Of a DNA stretch of 64,000 bases, positions 39,101 through 52,368 are shown piece by piece (positions within the stretch are counted from its first letter, which is position 1; every line of letters starts with the position of its first letter). The stretch is taken from contig NW_026974140.1 in NCBI RefSeq assembly GCF_037042905.1, positions 15,934,001 through 15,998,000 on the forward strand, written 5' to 3'. This DNA comes from Lytechinus pictus (lineage: Eukaryota). The translations under genes were made by a program, and so were the position numbers. The notes beneath the pieces were generated by a model. It was not told the DNA's origin, did no database searches, and was given only the letters and a program-made list of their open reading frames with translations.

Positions 39101-42100
39101 TGCAGAATATATGGGGCAGCTGCTCGTTTATGACGTTGCAAATCCAAAACCTAAAATTCTTATAACTTTCTTAATCTTTAATGGATTTTCTGTTTTCGTT
39201 ACATCAAACTTTTCTTCAGGGTGAACTTCCCCTTTTTTATTTGATTACATGTTGTAGGTAAGTGCATCATTGACATGAGGTGTAATGACTCTTGTGCCCC
39301 TGTAGACTGAAAAATCCACTGTTTTAGAGGAGTTTAAAAAAATTGTCTGATTTTTCTCAGTTCTACCTACAAGTACTAGTGAAGCCTTGATACTCTGAAT
39401 TTAGCCAGATGAAGTCGAAGGGGAGCTTATTCTTAGGAATTGTCCTTTTGTATAACGAGATGTTCTTGTGGGATCCAGCAAGAAATTATTACTGTTGATC
39501 AGGGTTGGCACGTTTTAAACGGTGTGTTTTAAAACATGTTTTAAAACACCCGTTTTTTTTACAAAAAAAAAACATGTTTTAAAACGCCCCATAGACTTGT
39601 GTGTTATAAATATGCATGGTCATGGATAAGATTTTAGATGAATATTTTTTATACTTTTATCTCTTCTTGTGATATATTATTTTCTTCTTTCAACTAAATC
39701 TCTTTCTCAACACCACTCTTTTTCTCCTCTCTCTTTCCCCCCTTATTCTCCCTTCCTCCATCACTTTGTCATGTTCCTTGAAATCCTTTTGTTCAATTAT
39801 AACAAACATCTGAGTGTTGCGCTCACTTTTTAGACAGGGAAAGAAACACTATTTAAAGCTCAAATGTGTAATAGTAGTGAATGAAATGGAAGTGTTGCAC
39901 AAGCATAATAATATTTTACAAATCGACAGTAAAAGTGACATTGTATTCTTGAGGTACACACGAAAGCAACTTTTACGCTTCGTAAAGACTAAAGATGAAG
40001 AAAAGTACTTTAATTTGGTATAAGTTAGCTGGTAAACCTTAAAGGACCAGGCTCGACCCAAGAAAAATACATGATGAAAATTTCGTCAAAATCGGATGTA
40101 AAATGATAAAGTTATGATATTCTAAAGTTCTGCTTTTTTCCACGCTGCTACGTCATATTATTGTCATCAAATTTGGTACCCAGAGGCAAAATGTGGGCAG
40201 GGTCATTGTCGCCATGACATAGTATTTATTTGTGAAATTTCTGTGTGAGCTCTAATATCGCAATGACAAATGACGCGGTGGGTTTGGGGGTTACATGTGC
40301 TCGGCCGCGCGACCCGCCGAGCATCTTTAGTTTTATATCTGATTTCGATGAAATTTTCAGCATTATGCTTGTTTGAATTTTCTCTACTGATTGAAATCGA
40401 CATTTTACAGGGGTGGACTTGACCTTCAACCTTAACAATCCCAGGGGACCATAATGGCCCCCTAAAAAAATTATATGATAAATCCATAAGCACGACAGGG
40501 CCACGCCATATTGTTCAAGACTATTTTTTTAGGGATGCATGCTTGGGTATTCGATTATTATATTACATAAGTGCATGTCAGACCCCAAATTGCTCAATAA
40601 CGTGATTTCATGTATGAAGCCAATGCAAATTTTTCGCCAACATTTGTATCTGTATCAATATCTGTACATGATTGGAAAATTATTGCCCATAATGTCCATT
40701 AAAAAATGATAAAAAAACCCAAAACTAACCAAAAAACTGTACATAAGAAATATTTAAAAAAAGTTAAAACAAACAATAAAAAACATTTTGATCAGAATTC
40801 CTCAATTAAAGAAATAAGCAGTTCAAGGGCTAGATACCCAAACTTGTATTTCATGCACTAAAATTGTTATAATTGCTTTATAATCAATATGCTTTATTTC
40901 ATAAAGCATATTGATTAAATAAAATCAAGATTTGAAAGCCCATAGTCTATAGATTATGTCATTTTCTTACATCGTGCAAATTCTTCTCACCCCTTAGATT
41001 GGCATAATTCAAAAGTACGTATGTACATGTATGAGGAATAAATAAAATGTCAACTTACTTTTTTTAGTAAACTTTTTATTAGAAATTCAGTAACAAAAAG
41101 TGTAGTTATATCTTACTTACTCCAAAATGTATTTAAAACATCAAGAGCTTAAATTGTACTGTATTAAGTGTATAGTTTAATTGATTTACAGAAGATTTCA
41201 ACGTTCGTTGGGGAAAAAACGTTTTAAAACGATTTAAAAAGTTTTAAAACAATAAAAGACGTTTTATTTGTTTTTTTTATAATAAAAAACGCTTTTTATT
41301 ACAACCCTGCTGTTGATAAATATCGCATACAACGTTAAGTTATATTAGCCCCCTACAGTGTACCTGTTGTAAATTTTTATTGTATTTTCCATGGAAGTTA
41401 TTAAGGAAAAGAGAATTTTCAGAAAACATTTTATCTTGATATCTTGTGCACAGCAAAATTTGTGCTCCGTTTTTAGCTTTATGCATATTGTAGCTCTGAC
41501 ATCATGTGCGCGTAGTAAAAGTTACAAGAAAAGTTACAGGAATAGATAAAAGAAATCAAGAATTGTCTTAAAACAGATTTTATTGTAACTATGAGGAAAC
41601 AAGAATATTTGACAATTTTCAGAATTTACGGCCCAAGTTTTTGGACAGCGCTTTTTGTATACTGGTAGATTAAATTTCCTTTTTGTTCTTTACTTTTCAT
41701 GTGAAAATTCATTGAATTTACATTTGTAAAAATGGAATTCATGTTTGGGCTGTGTCCATTTTCTATAGCAAAACAAAATAAATTTCAATTTTAATGTTAG
41801 ATCAAGTTTGAAACAGAATTACCACATTTTCATAAATGAAAAATACAATTTTTTTATTGAAAATCTCAGTCCCTACAGATTCCTATAAAAAACAAAGCTT
41901 CCTTTATTGTCTTTGGATCTCACATAACATGTGGATACAAAGTAGTTGTGTAACAGTAACAGTTATCCTTAGCAGTCTTGACTGACCTCTGTACTTTGTT
42001 ATGTATATTACTAGTTTTATCAATATTACAATTTTGGAAAGTGGAGAAAGAAGAAGAATGTGAGATTAACTACATGTACATACTTCAATGTACGTGTATG

Positions 42101-45100
42101 TACATTGATGAACATGAAAAACTTGTATAATTTACTCCTACTAAAGTCAAATTTTGTATTAAAAAGTCCATCATTTTGGTCTCAAGAGATTTTATTTAGG
42201 CAGAGTCACCCCTGTTTCATTTGATCTAGCCTGATTTGGTATACACTGACTGACTAAACACTTATTGTGCTTCTTTGTCTTTTTACAGATTCAATCAGCA
42301 TTAGCTCTTGGAATATCATCATTTAAGATTCACATGTATGTAATACACCATGGTAAGTGCAATAGTGCCGTGCGTTGTCATTCTATAGATTTGATTTTCT
42401 ATTGATACCACATTTTGCACATCCAGCAGTAACTCTGAAGAGATTTTTAAACAAATCAACAAATTGGGAGGGGGCATGAATATGAAGCACATAACGTCAG
42501 TGACAAAATATAAAAAATATGCCATTATCAACATTGGGGCCATATATATTTTCAAGACTTAAAAAAAGGTTCATAAAGAATGGAAGGCATTAGGAGTTTT
42601 TAATCCATTTTATTTCATTTTTTTGTAATCCCAATCTCCCCCCCCTCCCAAAAAAAACCCACCAAGTATGCCTAGAGATTAGCCTTTAACAATATTTTGA
42701 ATGGAAATTTACATTTGACATCAAAATATGAAGTAGAATTTTCAGCCATTAGGAATTTAAGCAAAACTTCTATCATTTTAATTTTTGGGGAAGGATTTTG
42801 GTTTCCAGATATCATAGGGGTTTACTCGTTCTACATCAGAAGTTAAGTGACGTCAAATAACATGCACCTGAACATTTAGATCAGACTCATTTGCATATCA
42901 TCATCATGTGAAAATTATGAAACTGCTGAGGTACTTTAGTACCATTTGATTGGCCCAAAGCAAATTTGTTATATTTTGAACAAGGAATAAGATAAATAAA
43001 ATAATAATCAAAACACACCGTTTCTATTTCAGTGATACATGAAATGCCAGAAAAAGAGCGTGCCCTGTTCATTGCTACATGTGTTGATGTTGGATTCTTC
43101 TCACTTCTCTTCTTCTTCTCAATCATTTTACTTTATGGAATCAAGAATGTAAGTATACGTGTTGATTGTGCAAACATTGTTTTGGTTTCGTATATTAGAT
43201 CTCAGCTCATTTAACACTACTGCACCTCGGAATTGGCGCCTAATAAATGCTGTGTTTATATAATTATTACTACTGTAGGGTCTTTGGTCTATCAGTTTGG
43301 TAGACCAAACTGATACTAGTACTTTAGTAGACCAAAGATAGTTTTATTAATTTGTCCAAACATGGCTTGTTGTATTCCCACCATCAAGGGTTTGAGAGTT
43401 CATAGTAGGTGATGCTGCACCAGCCTAAGTTTGCTCAATCTCGAGATTTTTGCCCAATCGGCCCTCTTCGCGATTAATCTCGAGATTCAAGAAACCCCAT
43501 CTCCACCAGCGCAAGAAGAGCAATTCATGCTCGAGCGAGACATCGGTGCATTATGGTCTGACGCCGTGAATAAGTAATCTCAAGTGCGTCTGCACCTGCG
43601 AATTAGCGGGATAATTTGTAAGTAGTGCGCTATTTTGCAAATAATCCTAAGTTGACCTAGGATTTCAATCTCGAGATTAATCCAGCGAACCATCCCGATG
43701 ATTGCGTCTCCATTCGAATAATCTTGAGATTGTTCAGATTGGGATTATTTGCTGGATCAGAAATAGTGCGATTATTTGAAAACTCAGGCTGTTGCAGACG
43801 GCCCTAATGAGAGTTCATAGTATGAGAGTTCATAGAGGTTTAAACTTATTTCAGCTTTTGCGATTTGATTTTCAGCTTATTAGCTTTGGGGTGAAATTCC
43901 TCTGTACAAAAATTTCCTCCTTTTAAACTACTTTATTTTCATAAGTTCATTTGTGGTCATGCATAGTCATGTAGGATAATGATCATTTTGTCTTAATCAA
44001 ATGGTTTGAGTTTTGTCATATGTGAATGCTACTCTGTTTTCATCAGTTTTTCCATAATCCTAAAATGAATCGGCAACATCTATAGATCTCTTAAAAAATA
44101 TGTTTTTTATAGTAATATATGAATTACATTTTGAAAATAAAAATTAAAAATCTGAAAGTAGCATACTGTAGTATCAGTGTAAAGCATGTTTAAATGAGAT
44201 TATTAGTGCGCATCTACATTTATTACATTTACACTGTGAAATATATTGTGCAAATAACAAGCTTTAATTACTTTCTAATCTTGTATCCTGTAAAAAAAAA
44301 GGCAGTGTTATCCTGAGTTAGTTTTTCTCTATGTATTCAAATCAATTTGTTGTTTGGGTGGACCTGGTATTTAAGATAATCTACCAATGGTTTGCGTTTT
44401 TCATTGTATTTACTGCACTATTATAGTGAAGTTATTAGTGGCAGCAGAATAAATTCAATATACATACATGTATTGAATTGTTAGAAGTTAAGAACGAGAG
44501 GTACATGTATGCCTATCCCATAATAGTGTTTAGTATTTCGGGGGGAAAATAGTGACTTTTATATATTTTTTCATTATGGTAGAATATTTTCGTTGTAGAT
44601 AATATATACATAAAAGATAAAATGATATTTTTTTCTCAATTCTTTAAAATTATAATTAACAGAAATACAAGATATGGGCTTGCATAGTATTCATTAGGGT
44701 CTTCATGTAGGTTTTTGCAATGAGTGTCCAAATCAAGTAATCCTGAGTGCATTACATATTCTATTCAAATGTACATGTAGCTCCTAAGTTGATTGAAATG
44801 AATGTACATGTATTATTCATAGTCATAGTGAGGCAAGTATAAAATTACACTCCAAGTCTCCAACCCCACATAAATTTGCATATATATGTACACCTGTAAG
44901 GCTACACTGCTTTTTATATCAACAACTAAACCATGGATTGCCCACCTTTGGATAAGAGCTGCTGCTGTTAAACTTCAGCTTTAACCTCATTCGTATCATA
45001 CAGCTGATTGGATTGAACATATTTGCTAGAACAAGACATTTAACTCTCTAGTCTCCATCCCACATGTTAAAGGTCAAACCGCTTAAATTTTTGAGACGGT

Positions 45101-48100
45101 ATCCAACTAAACCACGCATCGCCCACCAATGGCTCTAGAGCTTTATGAGCTCTAGGCGTTGGTTACTACATAAATGTCTCACTTCAGCTGCATGGTGTAA
45201 ATCACATTAGTTTAATACAAGAGAAGAGTATTCGCCTAACAGTAAGGACATAAATGTTAAGGTATTGACTATTCACATGCATGTAACATTTGCTGCAGTA
45301 TACATGTATGCCACAAAGTATCTTAGTATCTTGTATCATTGATCCTGCTTGTATGTAGAAGATGGCAATCCTGTATTGTCTTTCAGTACTCGACTTGAAA
45401 ACAAGAGACAGTATACTTCGTTATATTCAAATTGCAACAAAAAAATAATAATTAGATTTATAACAAACTTGGATTTTCGTAATCTGAATTCAAAACCTTT
45501 TTGAAAAACTTCATATTCTCATGTGTAAACTCCACAACTACAATTTGGGAATTTACATTTGATAGGGTAGGCCAGGGGGGGGGGGGTAAATGTAGCCCCC
45601 AGTTAGTTTTTAGCTCACTACTCAAGTTTGCCAGTGTCAAGGGGATTGCTGTTTGCGTGGTATTTGAGAAGTTCCTTAGCACATATCTTGAGCATGATCA
45701 ATTTAGCCAGGAGCGCAAATCTAGCAGCACCTCAAAATATTACTTTTTAAAGTAGCATTGCCACTTTAGAGTGGTGAGTACTGTACCCACTTTTAAGGCA
45801 TTATTGTACATTCCAGTATTGTAGTAAAATTCACCACTTTCCCATTTGTTTTCTGACTGGAGGTCGATGAACTTAACATGCCCGATGGAGCAGATGAGCC
45901 CCCCCCCCCCCCCCCCCCGGATTAACACTGTATGGTTGCATCTGTTAAAACAGTAAAGTGCATTGTAGACATCTCCAGTTTCTCCACACTTGTTTTATGT
46001 ACACTAAAAGTTTCCGTTTTCAATAGAACATGTAAAAACATACCAAAATAATATATCTGTAACAGTTGAAAACACAATCTGACAATCATTTTTTCACAAT
46101 ATGTTATAGAATTAATAAACAAATCCTTTAATAAATGGAGGCCTTTGGGAAACTGATTAATCCTGTGATCGTTACTAGTAAATATTCAGTGATTGTATCA
46201 AACCAACTATTTTTACTTTGAATAGAGCAACACAAAATAGTTTTTTTTAATCAAGGGGAAATGGGGCAAATAAGGCCCCCTGATAACAATGTTTGGTGCT
46301 CATTAATATGCAAATGAGATTGAGTAGTTCTGATATATGTATCTATTGGATGATGTAGATCTACTGTAGATCTACATGTAGTACTATACATTCAATCATG
46401 TTTGTACTGCTATGATTGGAAGTATGAAAAATAGGGCCTTACTTTTACCTCCCCCTACTGTACATGTACTGTACATAGACAAAATACTGTAATTGTATTT
46501 GTTTTAAAGTCTGATGTAAGGATGGAAGCAACCTATGATATTTTTAATCTTGATAATCATAAATTACAGATATAGTCCCTAATATTTTGAACATATACTA
46601 TTAATATGAAAGATGATTGGCACTTTTGGCAATAGAGCTACATGTACAAGAGTGTGATATGAGTAAGGAAATATGACTCACTTTCGGCTGAGGCCACTTT
46701 CTCCTTTGATGACGCACGTTATGGTTATCATCAAATCTCAACAATATTATTCTTCATGTAGCCAAATATCAAATTTAAGCAGGAAGCACTTGTGGTTAGT
46801 AAAACACATTTTTGAATGCATATTACTGGTACATAAATATACATGTATGGCTGTTAAAAGTAAATGGAAAAGGTATAGGCCTACTTGCAGTGTTTACATC
46901 AATGTCTACAAGCACATACATGTATATTTGGTCTACCTCTCAGGTAGTCTAATATCACATTGGCTAAATCCATTTGGTCTACACTATACTTGATCTAATT
47001 CATCATTTAGTCTAATGCCCAGTTGGTCTAATTTCCACTTAGTCTACTTTTTTTTTTACTTTATCAAATGAAAATTTGGTTCATAAAGAGTTAGTCTAGA
47101 TCCCGGGGGCAGGGGAGGGGGCAGTCAAATGTATTGCTGTACACATGCGTGACCAAATTATTTCCAAACACCCCCTAAACTAGTTTCCCTTTAAACACAT
47201 TTTTTTGGTCACGCATGTGTATAGCAATATATTTGACTGCCCCCTCCCCCCCCCCCCCCCCCCGGTCTAGATGTTAGGGAATGTCCACTAAGTGGTGTTA
47301 GACCAAGTGGATAACAGACGAAATGAGTCTACATGTAGCCTTACCGCAAATCAGGCAAGAGACGAGACCAAATGAAAAGTAGACAAAGGTGTGTAGTTTT
47401 TTGTCCCATCTTTTACCATAAAGTGTACTGAGCATTTCTTTTTCTCTCTCTTTTACCGACAGAACAAACGATTCCTGTTCCTGCCATACATTGTGTGTAT
47501 GACAGTGCTGATTATCTTAATGTGTGTGATAATCCTACTGCTAGTTGTGGTTGTAAGTAATTAACCATGAAAAATAATGTACATACTGCCCCTTTAACCA
47601 AAATTGATTTGATTTATGACCAGGGTAGCCACGCTAAAGCTGGGGGTAATTGTATTATGTACCGTTATGCATATTATCATTATTATTATGTTGGTGTATA
47701 ATGCTGCATGCATGTATAATTTGTATATTTGTGATCCAATTATCTAAATGTACATATGAATTTATTAAAACAAATCATTTTCTTGACCTACATGTACAGT
47801 AAGCACCACCCAAGAAAATAAAAAGCTTAAATCATTCCTACGCTACAGATACATGTATTATGCATTTGCTGCCTTTTCTATTGTATACAGTACCATTTTA
47901 ACCTTGCACAGCATTCCTTTTATTTTAAAATTCCCTTTTCTGAGGTGTATGGATTTAATATATAAAACTCCATATCCTGAAAAGATTTCCCCTGTTGGAG
48001 TCCAAAAATATTGTTGGAAAATGTACTCCGAGAACGTTCAACAAAAAAATAGGATTTGTATGAGAAAATTGTGATATTTCTTTATATTCATGTTTTTTGT

Positions 48101-51100
48101 TTTTTTTTAAATAAAAACATGATGTAATCTCCCAGATAAAATTAACAGAGGTCATTTAGACTTTTCTAAAAATAACGAAATTTCTGAATTTCATGTCCTT
48201 CCTATTCTGTATTCTCTGTATTTGAGCCATGTGGAGTAGACTTCAGGATGAAATCTAGTATTGTTCCCACCCCACCCCTCCCTAATTGAAGATTGGTTTA
48301 AGGACTTACACAATATATTGCTTGTGTCCTAATTTACTAATTTAAAAGATAGGGATTACTCACTTTGAAACTAGTAATATCAACTGTAACTACCATCTTA
48401 CATGTATATGTCCTTTTTTTACCTGATAAGAACTGAACAGTTTAATTATCTAATTTTGACACATTTAGGTATTATAAGAGTCATTTTTTTTACCTCCATC
48501 CTTGCTGTGTTTTTTTAAGCTTATAATGCACATTATGGTTTTGGATTCCATAAATAATTTTTTAAATGAAAACTTGTATGTAGCTTGTAAATGATAGATT
48601 TATTGTTATTTTTGTTTTTAGATTGTAACCTCAATGGAGTCGGAAGTATTGGGACTTCTCATTGTCTCATTCTTTACTGGATTGAATGTAAGTATTATTT
48701 CATCTATATATAAAAAAGTGTCCTCATAACAAAAAGAAATGATTTGTATAGTGTATTTAGGATTTAAAATCAATTGTTGTATGGATAAGTTAAATGTAAT
48801 AATACAATTTTTGATAGTTACTATCCAGAAGCAGGTAGATATTATGCCTATTGTATTCCAGGCATGGTATGTTGACTAATCATTTTATTAAAATTAATTT
48901 CTGTCATGATGACTGATTTTGATGCAATCTTTAATTTCATAAAACAAATTTGATGAGATGACTACAAGATCTCAAATCCCATGTAAAGGTGTAAAAATGA
49001 TGAAAGACATTGAGGACCCTATGAAACTAAACCCTAAAAATACAACATGACTATGCAAATTTTCAACCTATTATGTACATGTATCCAAGAAAATAAGATC
49101 AACCCTTTGTTTTGAGCTCATTGGCTGTATACACACATAATAATTATATACTGTTAACCTTTAGTGTTAAAGGGGCATCTCGCCTGAAATTAATGTGATT
49201 TGAACTGATGAAGTCAAATGAGAAAGATTAAAAATCAGAGAATATAATGACTGAAATGCAAAAGCATAAACCTATCTTAATCATTTCATTAGAAATCTAT
49301 AATTGAATCACATTTTTTCCATACTGCCTCTTATCTTGACTACATGTAGGATTTTTTTTTTCATTGGTCTCACTCTCACAATGTGAACTTGATATAAACC
49401 ATTCTTATATACCTGTATATTTATATTTTTTGTTCCAGCTTTACTGTGTGTTATGTGTTACATCACTGTATCGGGAATTCAAGGAGGGTCGGTATGGAAT
49501 GAGAGCTATCTACCGGGCCCAGGGAGGCAGAGTAAGTAAACGATTAATCCTCTTCTAAATACTGAATGATGAATTCTTAAAACGGTCCCCCAAAGTTCAT
49601 GAAGCTACACCTTCCCTCAAGGAAACTGGACTGAATAAGTAGCCTAGAGTCTCTAATTGGGACTTGTGCCCAGAAGGACTCAGTAATTGAAAATTTGGAT
49701 CAACAAATTGTAGTTGTGCTAGTCTTGTCCCAACACCCACTTGTCGATTAAAGTTTCAATCGGGGTCTCTGCCATACAGACTAGGGTACCCCCATGTGGA
49801 GATCAAGTTGTTTTGACTAGCAAATTAAGAATTGATGAGGAGGCGCGATAGCTCAGTCGGTAGAGCGGGGGACTCGTATTCCGGTGACCCGGGTTCGATT
49901 CCCACTTGGTGCGCTAGTGCCCTTTGGTAAGGCATTAATCCTCAATACCAGGTCCTTCGGAGGGGACCTTAAGCCGTCGGTCCTCTGGTTGCTTGCTTAC
50001 AAGCATTCATGCTTTCTTAGCAATCAGGTAAAAAAAAAAAATAAAAAAAAACAAGAAGTGCTGTACATGTACAGTAGAAATTCCATTTAGTTTGGATGAT
50101 GCATAATAAAGTTACACGTTTTGAAGTTTGTATTGTTTAAAAGATGATTCAGATTTTAGGCTTTAATTCAGAAATGAAAGAATACAGATTGTAAATAATG
50201 CATTGATTACTAGATTAAATCTATTGATTTATGTAAAAATTATTTCCATGTCTTATTTCATTTATCATCAATCTTGCAACATCTTCAGAGGACATGTTAC
50301 TATGTGTTATAAATTGTATTATGGCCTCAAGGGAAAAGGGGCTGAGGAGAAAAAAAATTGTGATTGTAATTAAATACATGAAAAATGGGGGAATTATCCA
50401 TATCACTTCCCAATTTTAGATTTTTAAAACAGCCATAATATTCTTATTCCTTGTCTGATTTCTTCAAACTTTCATTTTCCTATATCTTTTCTTTTTTTAC
50501 TTCCATGTATTTACTTTATTATCAAGACTGGATTTCCCTTTAAAATGCAACCATGTAAACTTATTTCATGATTGATAATTACCTGCAAATATGTTCAGTC
50601 AATGATCAGAAGGTAGACTAGCTTCTGTATTTTCATCATCTTTACACACATTTATGTACACACATATTTTAACTTTTTAACATTTCAATTGGTTTAGAAT
50701 AAATGATGTGTTGAGAAAAAAAAACAGTTATAGTTATGGGAATTCTCACTGAGGTATTCTTTACATCACAAAGTATTTGAATTAAATATTAAAAAAATCA
50801 GTACAGTCTATGTATAAGTCCACACCAAAGAAGGGATGAATTGGTCACCAGCTTACATGCTAGTGTTTTATTGTATAATATTTTCCAACTTTCCCCACAG
50901 CTTTCTAACACTGACAACCCGATTGAGAAAGTGGATGACATCAATAACTTTGAGAATGCCAACTTCATTCCTCAGTACCCTGGTCCACCTGCCCCTAGTG
51001 ATAACAGTGTCACCCCTCCACCACCTGTACCTGATCCCGTACCCTACTCTGCTCCCATGATGGGGGCACCTCCTCCTTATCAACCTCCTGCATACCCTGC

Positions 51101-51137
51101 TGAGAACTACCCAAAGACAGATGTCCAGACCGCTTGA
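36129..51137 (+). CDS. LAPTM4-like four-transmembrane protein, paralog B (~245 aa, 7 coding exons) with a PPxY tail
   Basis: Hand-spliced exons 36129-36200, 42289-42352, 43033-43148, 47463-47552, 48622-48687, 49439-49531, 50901-51137; all GT-AG; intron phases 0,1,0,0,0,0. Contains MAILTRCCCF, GIKNNKRFLFLPY, LNLYCVLCVTSLY and a proline-rich tail with PPPY and PPAY. Confidence 0.9.
37540..38087 (-). pseudogene. Decayed non-LTR retrotransposon ORF2 fragment (post-RT region)
   Basis: LFDWMILPILTYGCEV(HV)WGYEDI..VE.FH.KF.R.IL.V motif with stops and frameshifts. Confidence 0.75.
38088..39235. mobile_element. Cluster of Kolobok-like (TTAA-targeting) non-autonomous elements
   Basis: TTAA|AGGTCAAGTCCACCCC..GGGGTGGACTTGTCCT|TTAA (38092-38284), directly followed by a second element (38289-~38755, ~80-bp internal inverted arms) and a third GGGAAGTTCACCCTGA / TCAGGGTGAACTTCCC element (~38858-39233). 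Confidence 0.7.
39500..41309. mobile_element. hAT-type non-autonomous element carrying a nested Kolobok-like insert (~40040-40430)
   Basis: Termini CAGGGTTG / CAACCCTG; perfect 8-bp TSD CTGTTGAT; subterminal GTTTTAAAAC repeats. Confidence 0.8.
43408..43804. mobile_element. Harbinger-like MITE
   Basis: Imperfect TIRs CTGCACCAGCCTAAGTTT / AAACTCAGGCTGTTGCAG; internal AATCTCGAGATT palindromes; flanked by repeated TGAGAGTTCATAG. Confidence 0.55.
47102..47264. mobile_element. Palindromic MITE with CCCGGGGG termini
   Basis: Arms GGGGGCAGTCAAAT.TATTGCT.TACACATGCGTGACCAAA and the reverse complement; TSD (G)TCTAGAT; sits within a TGGTCTA/TAGACCA repeat tract (~46930-47390). Confidence 0.75.
49839..50050 (+). 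mobile_element. tRNA-derived SINE (second family) in intron 6 of paralog B
   Basis: A box TAGCTCAGTCGG, B box GGTTCGATTCC, non-tRNA body, A-rich tail. Confidence 0.8.
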
Positions 51138-52368
51138 CCGCTTGTCCTGGGTGAAACTCCACGATGATGATGCTGGTTTGTAGAAGATGATTATTGCACT
51201 TTGCAGCAGAAGAAAGGTGTTCTACTGTATTATGCACCTTCTTGTGAATGTTGTTACATCTTGCCAATTCGTATTGACTTTTGTCTTTTTTTTGGGGGGG
51301 GGGGTTAGGGGGGCTCCCTAATATTTCTTTATTTCACATAGACAACAAGGAAGATAATGCTATTCAAAGTTTGATGTGTGGCAGGCAAAGTTTTGAAAAA
51401 TAAGTGGCTATAACAAGCTGCGTAGATGATTCTTCCTTCAACCACCTGCCTTCTCGATCAACAGGGTTATCATTGCTAACTTGCAGAATTATGACATGAA
51501 AGTGAAACAGTGTCAGTGAGATACTGCCATTTAACCTCTTAAATCAGTTGTCTTTGTAGAGCTATTTCTAATATTTAAAAAAATCTGTTTACGGGTCATG
51601 TGATCAAAATAATTTATGTCATGTAATTAAATCATGCCAATATATCAACTCATACTACGGTTTCATGATGGGATACATGTACAAGAATAGATAATGTAAT
51701 GTTAATCAAATATATTTTTACAAAATTATAAAAGGAGAAATTATTGTGCTTATGATTGATAGTATTCTGCATGTGTATATATTGCCTGTTTGTGACCAAC
51801 TCTAAAAATGTATGCCTGTGCACATAATGATGTGTACTGATAGTAGAACCTGTGATTAATGCAAGGTTTATGTGTTATTCACTTTGTTTTGCCTCTGCCA
51901 TCACTTTTTATTGCAATGGTCTTGAATGCTTAAATACAAAAGAAATAGTGAGTGGATGGCGTCACCAGTTGCTTTGTTGTAGTGTAATGATTATACGAAA
52001 CCTGACATGCCTTAAACATGAAATTATACCACCAATCAAAATCACATTCCTAGAGTTAGAAGTTATTGGCATAGTATGGCAACTAATACATGTTCCTCGC
52101 TGTTCCATTGCTCTGTTCTTATTTTATACATAAGACTGTCTTTTGAAGTTTATAAGCTGTTTGTGAAACCAAGTTTAATCCCTTGATGATTGTAACATGG
52201 TGGTCCCTGTTTAAAGATAGTGGGGATAATTGAATGACAGACAGTCAATTTGTCATTAAGTATTTTTTTACTGAACCATTTCTTGTATTGTGTACATTCT
52301 CTCCTTTGATAATATGTATAAAGACATATACACCAGAAATATTAATAGTGCAATATAAAGTTTATATA

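Noticed and set aside
40941-40958. CATAGTCTATAGATTATG mini-palindrome as a fourth 7-bp-TSD scar
   Set aside because: The flanks are not duplicated and the termini differ.
49839-49912. tRNA-like sequence
   Set aside because: The cloverleaf is imperfect and is followed by a SINE body and A tail rather than a T-run terminator.
51135-51200. TGA-C stop of paralog B as readthrough or selenocysteine
   Set aside because: A second TGA follows after nine codons and I could not fold a convincing SECIS.
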